DNA from: Thermoplasmata archaeon
GTDB taxonomy: Archaea > Thermoplasmatota > Thermoplasmata > Lutacidiplasmatales > UBA184
Length of the DNA: 64,000 bases
Assembly (NCBI GenBank): GCA_035656275.1
Contig: DASRSW010000070.1
Location: forward strand, 3,026-67,025
Direction of reading: 5' to 3'
A program made the translations under genes and the position numbers. Below, piece by piece: positions 17,977-26,660 of the stretch (its first letter is position 1; each line of letters begins with the position of its first letter). Below the pieces are notes generated by a model that was given only the letters and a program-made list of their open reading frames with translations, ran no database searches and had not been told where the DNA came from.

Positions 17977-20232
17977 CTAATCCCGCTCACCCGGAGGGTC
18001 GGTCGAGTGGGCACCTCGCCGTCGTAGGAGCACGTAGGCGGCTCCCAGCCCCACCACCACTCCAAACCCAACGAGACCCAGGTCGGTGAGAGCCCCCGCC
18101 AGCCCTGAGCCGCCCGCCGCCGGAGCCACTTGCACGGAGGCGATCGCCGTCGAGCGCTGCCCACCGGAGTCGGTCACGATCACCGTCAACGAGTAGTTCC
18201 CCCCGGTCGCGTACGTATGGGAGGGGGTGACCGCGCTGGAAGTGGACCCGTCCCCGAACGCCCAGAGAAACACGTACGGAGGGGCCCCGCCCGACACGTT
18301 GACCGTGACCACCACGGGCGAACCCGCCCGCGCCGCCGAGGACGCCTGCGGCAGGCCGACGAGGAGCGGATCGGCCACGCGGATCATGGGCCCGGCGGCG
18401 GATGCTACGCTGACGTTGACGGCATCCGATATCCGAACCCCGACAGGATACGCTCCGGCGGAAGCGTAGGTGTGCGTCGGGTTCGCCGTGGAGGACGTAC
18501 TGTTGTCCCCGAAGTCCCAGCTAAACAAGAACGGGGCGGTCCCTCCCACGACATCGGCGGCGAATCCAACGGCAAGCGGGGCCAAACCTCCCGAGAGATT
18601 CATCGTGACGGCGACCACGGGCCGTTCGTGGACAAAAAGCCCGGTCGGGGCCGAGGGCGCAACGTGGCCCAGGGCGTCCGTCACCGTGGCGACCACCGTG
18701 TAGAATCCCGGAGCGAGCGGGGCGCAGACCAGCGTCGGCTGGAACGAGTTCGGACAGCCGGGCGGCAACCCGCTCCAGGTGTAGTTCACGACGGCCGCCC
18801 CCCCGACGACGGTGACATTGAAGCTGACGTTCTGCCCCGTATCGGTCACGGAGGGGGTGACCGTGAGGGTCGAGGCAAATCGAGGTAACACCGTGAACGG
18901 GGTCGTGCCCGTGGAGCTGTTCCCGAGGAGGTCGTAGGCCGTCAGCGTCACGGAGTACGTGCCGGGGATCTCGGAGAGGCACACGATCACGGATGCGTTG
19001 GCGGATGGGCAGTCGGGCGGCCCTCCCGTCCAGGCGAAGCTGGTGGTCCCATACCCTCCGCTCGACCGCCCCGCGAACTCAGCGACCTCGTCCTCGCCGA
19101 CCGCGGGCGGGCGGGCGACGACGACCACCGACATCGGGCCGCCCAGCGCCCAAGTGTCGTTGAGCCGGGCGGAGCCGCGATTGCCGCCCCACGCCAGAAG
19201 GGAGCCACCGCTCCCATCATAGGCGAGGGCGAGGCCCGTACGCGGTGACGGGCCGAAGCCGCTGTTGAACTCCACCCACGCGCCCGAGGAATAGCTGTAC
19301 GTCTGATTGCAGGGTCCGATCATCGGGAGGTTGCACCCGACGCCTCCTACCCCGATCACCGCCCCTCCGACCGCCGCAGTCAGGCTCGGGCCCTCCCCTG
19401 CGCCCACCGGCGGTCCGGCGAGGGGTCCGGACCAACTGCCATTCGCAAAGACCCAGCTATCGTTGACCGTACCGAGCGCGGTTCCACCGCCCACCAAGAG
19501 CAATCCGCCGATAGAGGGGTCACTCGCCAGCCCGGCCCCCGCCCTCGGGCTCGGTCCCGCCGCAGCGAGTGCGTTCCACCCGCCGATCGTTAAGGTCCAA
19601 GTGTCCCCGAGGTACGCACTTCCGTTCCAGCCTCCAAACAGCACGACCTCGCCCGCCGTGGGATTCCATGCGCCGGCGGCATAGGATCTCGCTGAGGGGG
19701 TACCGCTGATGTTGGTGGTCTCGTTCTTCCAGGTGCCGTTCGAGAAGAGCCAGGTATCGCAGCCGCTCGAGGCCGGAGACCCCACCCACACCACTCCCCC
19801 CTCCACGGGATCGGTGATGAGCGAAGGTCCGCTGACGACGGGAGGTTCCGCTCCGGCGGTCGAGGTCAAGTTGACCCAGCCGTTCACTCGCCACTCCCAT
19901 GTAAGGGCGGTCCCGCCTAGGGCCCCCCACCAGAGCACCCCGCGGCCTCCGGGTTCCTGCGCGATGACCGCCGGTGTCGCCGGCGGCGCAGCTCCGCCGG
20001 TAAGGTTCCGCCACTGCGGCTGGTCGAGAGCGGAAAGTCCCATCGGAGCCTGCTCGGTTAAACCCCGGGCAGAGGAACCGACCCATTCGAGGGCCGGGAA
20101 GTCCCGCAGCGAAGTGAATCGGACATCGAGTCCCGCTCCCACTGGCGCCGTGAGGAGGGCGGCGAGGAGGAGAGCCGCCGTGACGCTGATCAGTACCGGA
20201 TCGGACCGCACAACCCCCCTAGTCCAGTCCAA
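17977..20232 (-). CDS. Cell-surface protein with Kelch-type beta-propeller, PKD domains and a C-terminal TM anchor
   Basis: Signal peptide. Repeated Kelch-like blades (GGWNGSAYLGDTWTL, NDSWVF, NDTWAL). PKD motifs (FSWDFGDNSTSSTANPTHTYASAGAYPVGVRISDA, FLWAFGDGSTSSAVTPSHTYATGGNYSLTVIVTDSGG). C-terminal TM plus RRRG. Confidence 0.8.
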   Translation of the reverse strand: MDWTRGVVRSDPVLISVTAALLLAALLTAPVGAGLDVRFTSLRDFPALEWVGSSARGLTEQAPMGLSALDQPQWRNLTGGAAPPATPAVIAQEPGGRGVLWWGALGGTALTWEWRVNGWVNLTSTAGAEPPVVSGPSLITDPVEGGVVWVGSPASSGCDTWLFSNGTWKNETTNISGTPSARSYAAGAWNPTAGEVVLFGGWNGSAYLGDTWTLTIGGWNALAAAGPSPRAGAGLASDPSIGGLLLVGGGTALGTVNDSWVFANGSWSGPLAGPPVGAGEGPSLTAAVGGAVIGVGGVGCNLPMIGPCNQTYSYSSGAWVEFNSGFGPSPRTGLALAYDGSGGSLLAWGGNRGSARLNDTWALGGPMSVVVVARPPAVGEDEVAEFAGRSSGGYGTTSFAWTGGPPDCPSANASVIVCLSEIPGTYSVTLTAYDLLGNSSTGTTPFTVLPRFASTLTVTPSVTDTGQNVSFNVTVVGGAAVVNYTWSGLPPGCPNSFQPTLVCAPLAPGFYTVVATVTDALGHVAPSAPTGLFVHERPVVAVTMNLSGGLAPLAVGFAADVVGGTAPFLFSWDFGDNSTSSTANPTHTYASAGAYPVGVRISDAVNVSVASAAGPMIRVADPLLVGLPQASSAARAGSPVVVTVNVSGGAPPYVFLWAFGDGSTSSAVTPSHTYATGGNYSLTVIVTDSGGQRSTAIASVQVAPAAGGSGLAGALTDLGLVGFGVVVGLGAAYVLLRRRGAHSTDPPGERD

Positions 20233-20322
20233 GAATAAGCGACAGGGTGACCTGCTCCAAACTCAGTCCCCCCGTCAGCAAGCCCTTCTACTCTTGGTCG
20301 TTCCACCGCCCGAGGTCGTTCG

Positions 20323-20970
20323 ATGAAGGTCGGAGTTCTGGGAAGCGGAGTCGTCGGGAAGGCCCTGGCCAGAGGGTTCGTGGAGGCCGGCCACGAGGTG
20401 AAAGTCGGCACACGCGATCCCAAGAAAGCTGACCTTGTGGCGTGGAGCCAAGGCGAGGGGGCCGGTGCCACCGCCGCCACCTTCCGCGACACCGCGAAGC
20501 ATGGAGAGGTCCTGGTCCTCGCGTGCCTGGGTTCCGTCGTCGATGCGGTCATCGACCTCGCCGGTACGGAGCACTTCGGGAAGAAGCTCGTTCTCGATGC
20601 GACCAACGCGCTGGACTTCTCCCACGGGATGCCGCCGGGGCTCTTCGTAGGCGTCACGGATTCCCTGGGCGAGAGGATCCAGAAACGATTGCCCGACGCG
20701 AAGGTGGTGAAGTGCTTTAACACCGTCCCGAACACCCTCATGGTGCACCCCAAGGTGAAGGGCGGCCGGCTCGAGATGCTCATCTGCGGGAACGACGCTG
20801 CGGCGAAGAAACGGGCCACCGAGATACTGAAGAGTTTCGGCTGGGCCGGGTCGCTGGACGTCGGCGGGATCGAGTCCGCCCGCTGGCTCGAGGCGCTCGT
20901 TCCGCTGTGGGTGCGGGTAGGAATCGCCCTGGGGAACTTCGACCACATGTTCGTGGTGGCCCGCGACTGA
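20323..20970 (+). CDS. NADP-binding oxidoreductase, F420_oxidored family (NADPH-dependent F420 reductase-like)
   Basis: Rossmann N-terminus MKVGVLGSGVVGKALARGF. The length and the central and C-terminal parts fit the NpdG/F420_oxidored family. Confidence 0.6.
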   Translation: MKVGVLGSGVVGKALARGFVEAGHEVKVGTRDPKKADLVAWSQGEGAGATAATFRDTAKHGEVLVLACLGSVVDAVIDLAGTEHFGKKLVLDATNALDFSHGMPPGLFVGVTDSLGERIQKRLPDAKVVKCFNTVPNTLMVHPKVKGGRLEMLICGNDAAAKKRATEILKSFGWAGSLDVGGIESARWLEALVPLWVRVGIALGNFDHMFVVARD

Positions 20971-21022
20971 CGTCGCTCCAGGGCGGGCTCGGGAACTGGC
21001 GGGGACCTCGCGCCCCCCGTCG

Positions 21023-21763
21023 CTAGCGCGCCACGCCGAAGCGGTCGAGTCGATCCACCAACCGGGCGACCAACGTCTCCGCATCGAGGCTCGCCCCGTA
21101 TCGGCGGAAGTATCGGTTGAGGGAGAGGAGCCCGGTTTCGAGCGCCCGCTTCGCCTCGGCGAGGCGCATCCAGGGGGAGTAGCCCAGTCGGTCCACCCGT
21201 AGCGCGCTTGCGAAATCGATGAACACCGGGCGCCCCTCGTGGACGAGGATGTTGAAGGGACTCAGGTCAGTGTGAACGACACCGGCGGAAGCGAGGGATT
21301 CGACCCCGTCCGCGATCGCGGCCAGGAGCGCGTCGGGGTCTTCGGGCCGGGTATCCTTGAGCCGCGGGGCCGGCTCGTCGCCGGACCCGATGAATTCCAT
21401 GGAGAGGAGATGCTCGACCCGTCGCAACGGCGCCGGCACGGGAACGCCAGAGCGCCAGGCCAGGAATCCCATTTCGAACTCCCGGCTGGCGATCTGGCCC
21501 ATCGATTCGGCCTTCACCGGCCGTCCTCCTCGATGGCTCGTGCGAAAGAACCGATAGACCTTGACGGCGATCGGGTCCCCGTTTTCGCGGCAGAGGTACA
21601 CGTCGGCCTCCTTCCCGGCCCCGATGACGCGGACCACCTCGGTCGCAACCCCGGAGTCGAGGATGGCGTCCGCTACCTCGGACGAGCGCGACTCGCTCTC
21701 CCGGACCTGACCGGTGGCGATCCTCCAACGAACACTTTTGTCTAGATAGGGTGCGTTCGGCAT
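21023..21763 (-). CDS. RIO-type serine protein kinase/ATPase
   Basis: GAGKEADVYLC (P-loop-like), VKVYRF (catalytic Lys region), VVHTDLSPFNILV...FIDFASA (catalytic and metal-binding loops). Confidence 0.8.
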   Translation of the reverse strand: MPNAPYLDKSVRWRIATGQVRESESRSSEVADAILDSGVATEVVRVIGAGKEADVYLCRENGDPIAVKVYRFFRTSHRGGRPVKAESMGQIASREFEMGFLAWRSGVPVPAPLRRVEHLLSMEFIGSGDEPAPRLKDTRPEDPDALLAAIADGVESLASAGVVHTDLSPFNILVHEGRPVFIDFASALRVDRLGYSPWMRLAEAKRALETGLLSLNRYFRRYGASLDAETLVARLVDRLDRFGVAR

Positions 21764-21970
21764 TCCCGCCGAAGAGCGCGCGGCGTCGATCGCGCCCCCA
21801 AGAACAGCGGTACCCGACGCGGAAGCGAAGGCTCTAGCGAGCGGAGGGTTCCGGAGGCGAACGAACGATACACCGACGCGTCAACTCCAGGAACCTCCCG
21901 GCCTCTCGGCCAACGGGTCCGGAGGCGAGGAAGCGGATAAGCTCGCCGTTCCTGCCCACGGCGCGCGCGC

Positions 21971-21988
21971 GGTCAACGGGGGTTGACC
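21971..21988. promoter_or_regulatory. Dyad GGTCAAC-N4-GTTGACC (GTCAA-N6-TTGAC class) upstream of usp
   Basis: Perfect inverted repeat, 65 nt upstream of the usp ATG, followed after 6 nt by TTTTT (21994-21998). Confidence 0.6.
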
Positions 21989-22052
21989 TGCCCTTTTTGG
22001 GGTCCCGATGAGACCGACGGATGAGAGGGAAGCGATTCGCTGACCTGGACCG

Positions 22053-22487
22053 ATGTTCGACCACATTCTGGTGCCCTATGACGGCTCGGCGAATTCTGAC
22101 CACGCGCTCAGTCTCGCCATCGAGCTAGCCCGGCGCTTCGAGTCGTCGCTGGAACTCGTCAGCGTGGCCCCGCTCGTGGTGCCGCTGGCCGGCAGCCCCA
22201 TGGCCCCGCCGCTCTCCGAGGAGGAGGCGCGCATGTTTCGCGAGGTCCTCGCCCGGGGGCGCCTCAAGGCAGAGAAGGCAGGGCTCAGCCACGTCGCGAC
22301 GACGTTCCGCGAGGGGAACGTGGTCGAGGAGCTCCTGAACCACGTGGACCGGGTGAAGCCCGACCTCGTCGTAGTCGGGGCGCGGGGCCTCTCCCGTTTT
22401 CAGCGGCTCCTGATGGGGAGCGTTTCGTCCGCGCTGGTGAGCCATCTCAAAGTGCCGGTCCTCGTGGACCACCTCGGTCCGCGGTAG
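22053..22487 (+). CDS. Universal stress protein (UspA family)
   Basis: 144-aa ORF: MFDHILVPYDGS...PDLVVVGARGLSRFQRLLMGSVSSALVSHLKVPVLV. Confidence 0.9.
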   Translation: MFDHILVPYDGSANSDHALSLAIELARRFESSLELVSVAPLVVPLAGSPMAPPLSEEEARMFREVLARGRLKAEKAGLSHVATTFREGNVVEELLNHVDRVKPDLVVVGARGLSRFQRLLMGSVSSALVSHLKVPVLVDHLGPR

Positions 22488-22496
22488 CCCGTCAGC

Positions 22497-24224
22497 TTAC
22501 CAGCCGGTCGGGTGGCCTCGGTTCTCATCGTCGAGCCACTTCTGTAGCGGCGCGAAGTACTCCAGCAGGGCGCTCGCGTCCATCCGGCGCTCGCCCGTGG
22601 CCACCGCGAGAGCGTCCGGCCAGGGGCGGCTCTGGCCCATCTCGAGCATCGTCCGGAGCCGGTCCCCCGCCGCCCGAGAACCGTAGATCGACGTTCGGTG
22701 GAGCGGAAGGGAGCCGCCCACCTCGCGTACGAGGGCCCGATGGAACTGGAACTGGAGGATGTGCGCGAGAAAGTAGCGCATGTACGGCACGTTCGCCGGG
22801 ACGTGGAATTTGGCTCCGGGGTCGAACTCCTCCTCCCCGCGGGGGACGGGCGGGGCGACCCCCTGATAGGCTTGTCGCAGCTCCCACCAGGTTCGATTGT
22901 ACTCGGACGGAGGGATCTCCCCCGCGAACACCTTCCAACGCCACTGGTCGATGAGGAGGCCGAACGGAAGGAAGGCGATCTTCTCCAGCGCGGTCGAGAG
23001 GAGCAGGCGAAGGTCGGCTTCCGCCCCCGGGGGACGCTCCACGAGCCCGACGCGGGCGAGGTACTCGGGAGTCACCGAGAGGGCGATGGCGTCGCCGATC
23101 GCCTCGTGAAAGCCGTCGTGCGCCCCATCTCGGAAGAGGTACGGCTGGTGGGCGTACGCCCGTTGGTAGTAGTTGTGACCGAGCTCGTGGTGGATCGTCT
23201 GAAAGTCCTCGCCGGTCGTCTCGATGCACATCTTGATCCGCAGGTCCTCCACGAAGTCAAGGTCCCAGGCGCTGGCATGGCAGACGACGTCCCGGTCCCG
23301 GGGTTTGGTGAACATCGAGCGCTGCCAGAAGGTGGCGGGAAGCGCGGGAAGGCCCAGGGAGACGAAGAATCCCTCGCCGAAGCGGACCATCCCTACGGGA
23401 TCGACCCCCTTCGCGTGCAGGGCCGCGGTGAGGTCGACGGCGGCCCCGTCCCCCTCGGGCAGCAGTCGGGGGAGCAGATACTCCCAGCTCTGGGCCCACA
23501 TGTTCCCGAGGAGATGGGCGGGGATCGGCCCGCGAGGTGGCACGAGCTCGGGCCCGAGTTCCTCCCCGAGGCGGCGGCGCACGTAGGCGTGTAGGGCGAC
23601 ATAGAGGGGCCGGACCTGCTCCCAAAGGCGCTCGACCTCGCGGGCAAACGCCTCGGCTCCCATGTCGTACTTCGACCGCCACATCGCTCCGGTGTCGTCG
23701 AACCCGAGCTCCCGCGAGCCCTGATTCGACAACTCGACGTAGCGTGCGAACGGCTGTCGCATCGACCGTCCGATGGCATGCCACCCCGCCCAGACGTCGA
23801 GGAGCAGCTTCGGGTCCCGCCGTTCCGCGAGGAGTCGGCTCAGCCCCTGCAAGTCGAGCGGGGCGGATTCCCCCGTTGGCGTGTAGCTGCCGCGCCCGTA
23901 CACCCCGGTCATCGACGCGACGAGGGTGGTCAGCTCCTCGGCCGTCCGGGGGTCGGAGGGGGCGATCAGCGGAAGGGACAGCTTCAGCAGCTGAAGCTTG
24001 CGCGCGGCCATCTCAGAAAGGGGGTGCGATTCAAAGGTCCTTCCCTCCTGGACCGCCCGCACGGTCGCCTGGATGTAGCGCGCGGAAGCGCGCGCCGAGA
24101 GCGTTTCGGTCTCGGGGGTGATGAATGTGGCGTAGACCCACTCCGCCTGCTGGGTTTCGCGGGCGAGGTCGAGGAGCTGTTGTTCGAGAGTCTCGAGGAA
24201 CTGCTCCGGTGTCCGGTCGGTCAT
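22497..24224 (-). CDS. Peptidase family M2 (angiotensin-converting-enzyme-like peptidyl-dipeptidase)
   Basis: Zinc motif HHELGHNYY plus the downstream FHEAIGDAIALSV, near-identical to the ACE HEMGH/EAIGD signature. Also FWQRSMFTKP and VCHASAWD. No signal peptide is evident. Confidence 0.85.
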   Translation of the reverse strand: MTDRTPEQFLETLEQQLLDLARETQQAEWVYATFITPETETLSARASARYIQATVRAVQEGRTFESHPLSEMAARKLQLLKLSLPLIAPSDPRTAEELTTLVASMTGVYGRGSYTPTGESAPLDLQGLSRLLAERRDPKLLLDVWAGWHAIGRSMRQPFARYVELSNQGSRELGFDDTGAMWRSKYDMGAEAFAREVERLWEQVRPLYVALHAYVRRRLGEELGPELVPPRGPIPAHLLGNMWAQSWEYLLPRLLPEGDGAAVDLTAALHAKGVDPVGMVRFGEGFFVSLGLPALPATFWQRSMFTKPRDRDVVCHASAWDLDFVEDLRIKMCIETTGEDFQTIHHELGHNYYQRAYAHQPYLFRDGAHDGFHEAIGDAIALSVTPEYLARVGLVERPPGAEADLRLLLSTALEKIAFLPFGLLIDQWRWKVFAGEIPPSEYNRTWWELRQAYQGVAPPVPRGEEEFDPGAKFHVPANVPYMRYFLAHILQFQFHRALVREVGGSLPLHRTSIYGSRAAGDRLRTMLEMGQSRPWPDALAVATGERRMDASALLEYFAPLQKWLDDENRGHPTGW

Positions 24225-24254
24225 CGGCTCGGCACCGGGAGGTCGGGGGGCTTA

Positions 24255-25313
24255 TCAACTCCCGCCCGGCGGCCCTCCGCGGTAGGGCCCTTCCGAGTAG
24301 AGCCAGCGGCGCTCTGGAAGGCGGCCGTCGTTCGCCTCCACGTGGTCGAGGAGCTCCACGACCTCCTCCCCGGGCGGAGTGAGGCGATAGCGGGTGCCCA
24401 CCAGCTCCACCAGACCGGCCACCACGAGATGCTCGAGGTACAAGCGGGTTCGACCCGGGACTCCCTGGGCCTCCGCCTCTCCCGAAAGGGCCCTGAGCTC
24501 GAGCTCACGGCCCTCAAGCCGCCGAAGGATCTCGCGACGCTGGGGGCCCTGGGCCCCGTGCAACCCCGCCGGCACCTTCCCACCCCGGAGGGCCTGCCAG
24601 AGGGCCAGGAGGTCCGGCGTCGTGAACAGCCGGCGGTCCGCGATCGCGAGCACGGGCGCCGTCTCGCCAAGGCGAACTCCGACGCTCCTCGCGAGGCTGA
24701 CCAGTGCGGCCGGCTCCGGCAGCGCGGAATCCGACCACCCAAAGTGCAACACCGCGGCCTTCGACGCTCTGTCCGGGTAACTCGTCTCGCTCGTCGAGGA
24801 CCGGCCGCCGTCGGAGAGGTCGAATCGCCGCGAGGCGCCGTCCGTCCAGTCATCGACCGGATCGCCCCAGAACTCGGTCTCCGCGCTGGGAGCGTCTTGC
24901 CACGACTTTGGCACCCGAGAGGCGTCCCACGGTGGCGCGACCTTGAGTCCGAGCGCGAGGTCCTCCTCCACCAGCCGAAGGACCCACAATACCTGGTCGA
25001 CCTGGAACGGCTTTCCGATGACATTGAACGCGCGGTGGCGGAGGCTGCTGGCGATGGCGATCTCGGAGGGCTGGCCTGTCAAGATCACGGAGCGGACCCC
25101 CGGCCAGCGGGACGACACCTCGTCGAGGAGGACCGTGCCCGACTTGCGGGGCATCCTCAGGTCCGTCAGGAGCACGTCGTACCAGCGAGCGCGGAGGGCC
25201 GTCACGGCGGCGTCCGCCGAAGGGACGGCTAGCACCTCGTGGCCCTCGTCCGAGAGGAGCGCGGCCAACTCCACGCGGAAGATCTCGTCATCGTCTGCGA
25301 CTAGGATTCGCAT
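24255..25313 (-). CDS. Response regulator (receiver domain) with C-terminal winged-helix domain
   Basis: MRILVADDDEIFR...DVLLTDLRMPRKSG (phospho-acceptor Asp). The C-terminus (ILRRLEGRELELRALSGE...YLEHLVVAGLVELVGTRYRLTPPG) is wHTH-like. Start placed at ATG 25313, supported by tttctaat about 30 nt upstream, which lies inside the longer ORF. Confidence 0.8.
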   Translation of the reverse strand: MRILVADDDEIFRVELAALLSDEGHEVLAVPSADAAVTALRARWYDVLLTDLRMPRKSGTVLLDEVSSRWPGVRSVILTGQPSEIAIASSLRHRAFNVIGKPFQVDQVLWVLRLVEEDLALGLKVAPPWDASRVPKSWQDAPSAETEFWGDPVDDWTDGASRRFDLSDGGRSSTSETSYPDRASKAAVLHFGWSDSALPEPAALVSLARSVGVRLGETAPVLAIADRRLFTTPDLLALWQALRGGKVPAGLHGAQGPQRREILRRLEGRELELRALSGEAEAQGVPGRTRLYLEHLVVAGLVELVGTRYRLTPPGEEVVELLDHVEANDGRLPERRWLYSEGPYRGGPPGGS

Positions 25314-25541
25314 CCGTCGTGCTCCTCGGTGACGATGGAAATCATCCTTCGGTCGATTAGAAACCTTGCCCACCCCGAGGGACAGCGGATTCCGCCTCCC
25401 GGGGACGCGGGCCTTTCAGCGAGGCGACGGCCGCGGTCGCTCGGGACCTCCCGCCCTGTCGCGACGACGCTGGCGCGCGGGAGGGCGGCGGGGCGGGGGA
25501 GAGGGCTAATAGGGCGCCGTGATAGTCCTTAACACGGGTCG

Positions 25542-25856
25542 ATGCCGCTCTTCATGACCCAATTCACGTACACTTCGGAAGGCTGGAACTCGCTCGTCCG
25601 AAATCCACAGGACCGGACCCGAGCGTTCGCCGAGCTGTTTCAACGGATGGGGGGGAAGCTCCTCAGCCACTACCTTTGCTTCGGAGACTACGATAGCCTC
25701 CTCATCGCGGAAGCTCCGAACGAGACGGTCATGACGAGCGCGCTTCTCGCGGTGATCGCAGACGGCCATGTCAAGGACATGCGCACCACCGTCCTCCTGA
25801 CGTCCGAACAGGGGGTCGAGGCGATGCGGAAGGCCGCGGGGCGCCCGCCGGCCTAA
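25542..25856 (+). CDS. GYD domain protein
   Basis: 104-aa ORF with MTQFTYTSEGW...YLCFGDYDSLLIAEAP (GYD signature). Confidence 0.8.
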   Translation: MPLFMTQFTYTSEGWNSLVRNPQDRTRAFAELFQRMGGKLLSHYLCFGDYDSLLIAEAPNETVMTSALLAVIADGHVKDMRTTVLLTSEQGVEAMRKAAGRPPA

Positions 25857-25902
25857 CCGACCCCGCCGACAGGGGGAGGAGTTATCTTTCCCGGCATCTC
25901 GA

Positions 25903-26493
25903 TTGCGCGGTACTGCTGTGTCCCCCTCAACGCGCGCGCCCGGTCGCCGGGCCCGGACCGCGTCCGCCCGCTCGTCTCGGACCACGGAGGGCCCGGACGG
26001 ACCCGACCGCAGCCTCGGATTCTATGCCTTCCACGTGCGCGACGTCATGACCCGCAAGGTCGTGACGGTCGGGGCGAGCGATTCCCTCGAAGAGGCGGCG
26101 CGGCGCATGGTCACCGCCCGGGTCTCGGGGCTCCCGGTGCTGGGGCCGAACGCGCGGCTGGTGGGCGTCGTGAGCCAGAAGGACATCGTCCGGCTCCTCA
26201 ACGCAAGGGCGGGCCTCACGGTGCCGCGCGGGCTCTTTGACCTCCTGCTCGACGAGCGGACCGGGGAGACCTCCGAGATCGCGGCGGCGGCCCGGCGGGT
26301 CTTGGACCGCGCTCGCGTTCGCGAGGCGATGAGCCGGCCCGCCATCTCCGTCGGCGCGGACACCCCGCTGGACGAGGCGATCGGACTCCTCATCTCGAAC
26401 AAGATCAACCGGCTCCCCGTGGTGGCCGCCGGTCAGGTGGTCGGGATCGTGACCCGCCACGACCTCCTCGCCGGCGTGAGCGAATCCCTCTGA
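25903..26493 (+). CDS. CBS-domain pair protein
   Basis: Two CBS motifs (VRDVMTRKVVTV...LPVL...GVVSQKDIVR; VREAMSRPAISV...INRLPVV...GIVTRHDLL). The start is uncertain: TTG 25903, GTG 25918 (about 30 nt after the TATA-like gttatctttcc at 25881) or GTG 26035. Confidence 0.75.
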   Translation: MRGTAVSPSTRAPGRRARTASARSSRTTEGPDGPDRSLGFYAFHVRDVMTRKVVTVGASDSLEEAARRMVTARVSGLPVLGPNARLVGVVSQKDIVRLLNARAGLTVPRGLFDLLLDERTGETSEIAAAARRVLDRARVREAMSRPAISVGADTPLDEAIGLLISNKINRLPVVAAGQVVGIVTRHDLLAGVSESL

Positions 26494-26511
26494 CCCTGGG
26501 CTGGAGCCCTT

Positions 26512-26529
26512 CGTCAAGTGCAATTGACG
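26512..26529. promoter_or_regulatory. Dyad CGTCAA-N6-TTGACG in the convergent CBS / RNase spacer
   Basis: Perfect inverted repeat, followed after 7 nt by TTAATGA (26536-26542). There is no annotated downstream gene. Confidence 0.5.
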
Positions 26530-26660
26530 AGGCGCTTAATGACGGGCCCGAGGTGGGATTCAGCGGGACTGATGCGCCGGCGGATTCCGAACATGGAGTC
26601 CGACAGGAGGGACCCGGTGCATCAGTCTCACGACACTGAACGGGGCCGGGGAGCTCGCGC

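Noticed and set aside
19864-19876. GGTCAAGTTGACC palindrome (and GGTCAGTTGACC at 40072-40083)
   Set aside because: These use the same half-sites as the intergenic dyad but with 1-2 nt spacing, and they lie inside coding sequence. They are not counted as operator copies.
22007-22042. 11-codon uORF (MRPTDEREAIR) in the usp leader
   Set aside because: It is too short and lacks supporting features. It is mentioned only as a possibility.
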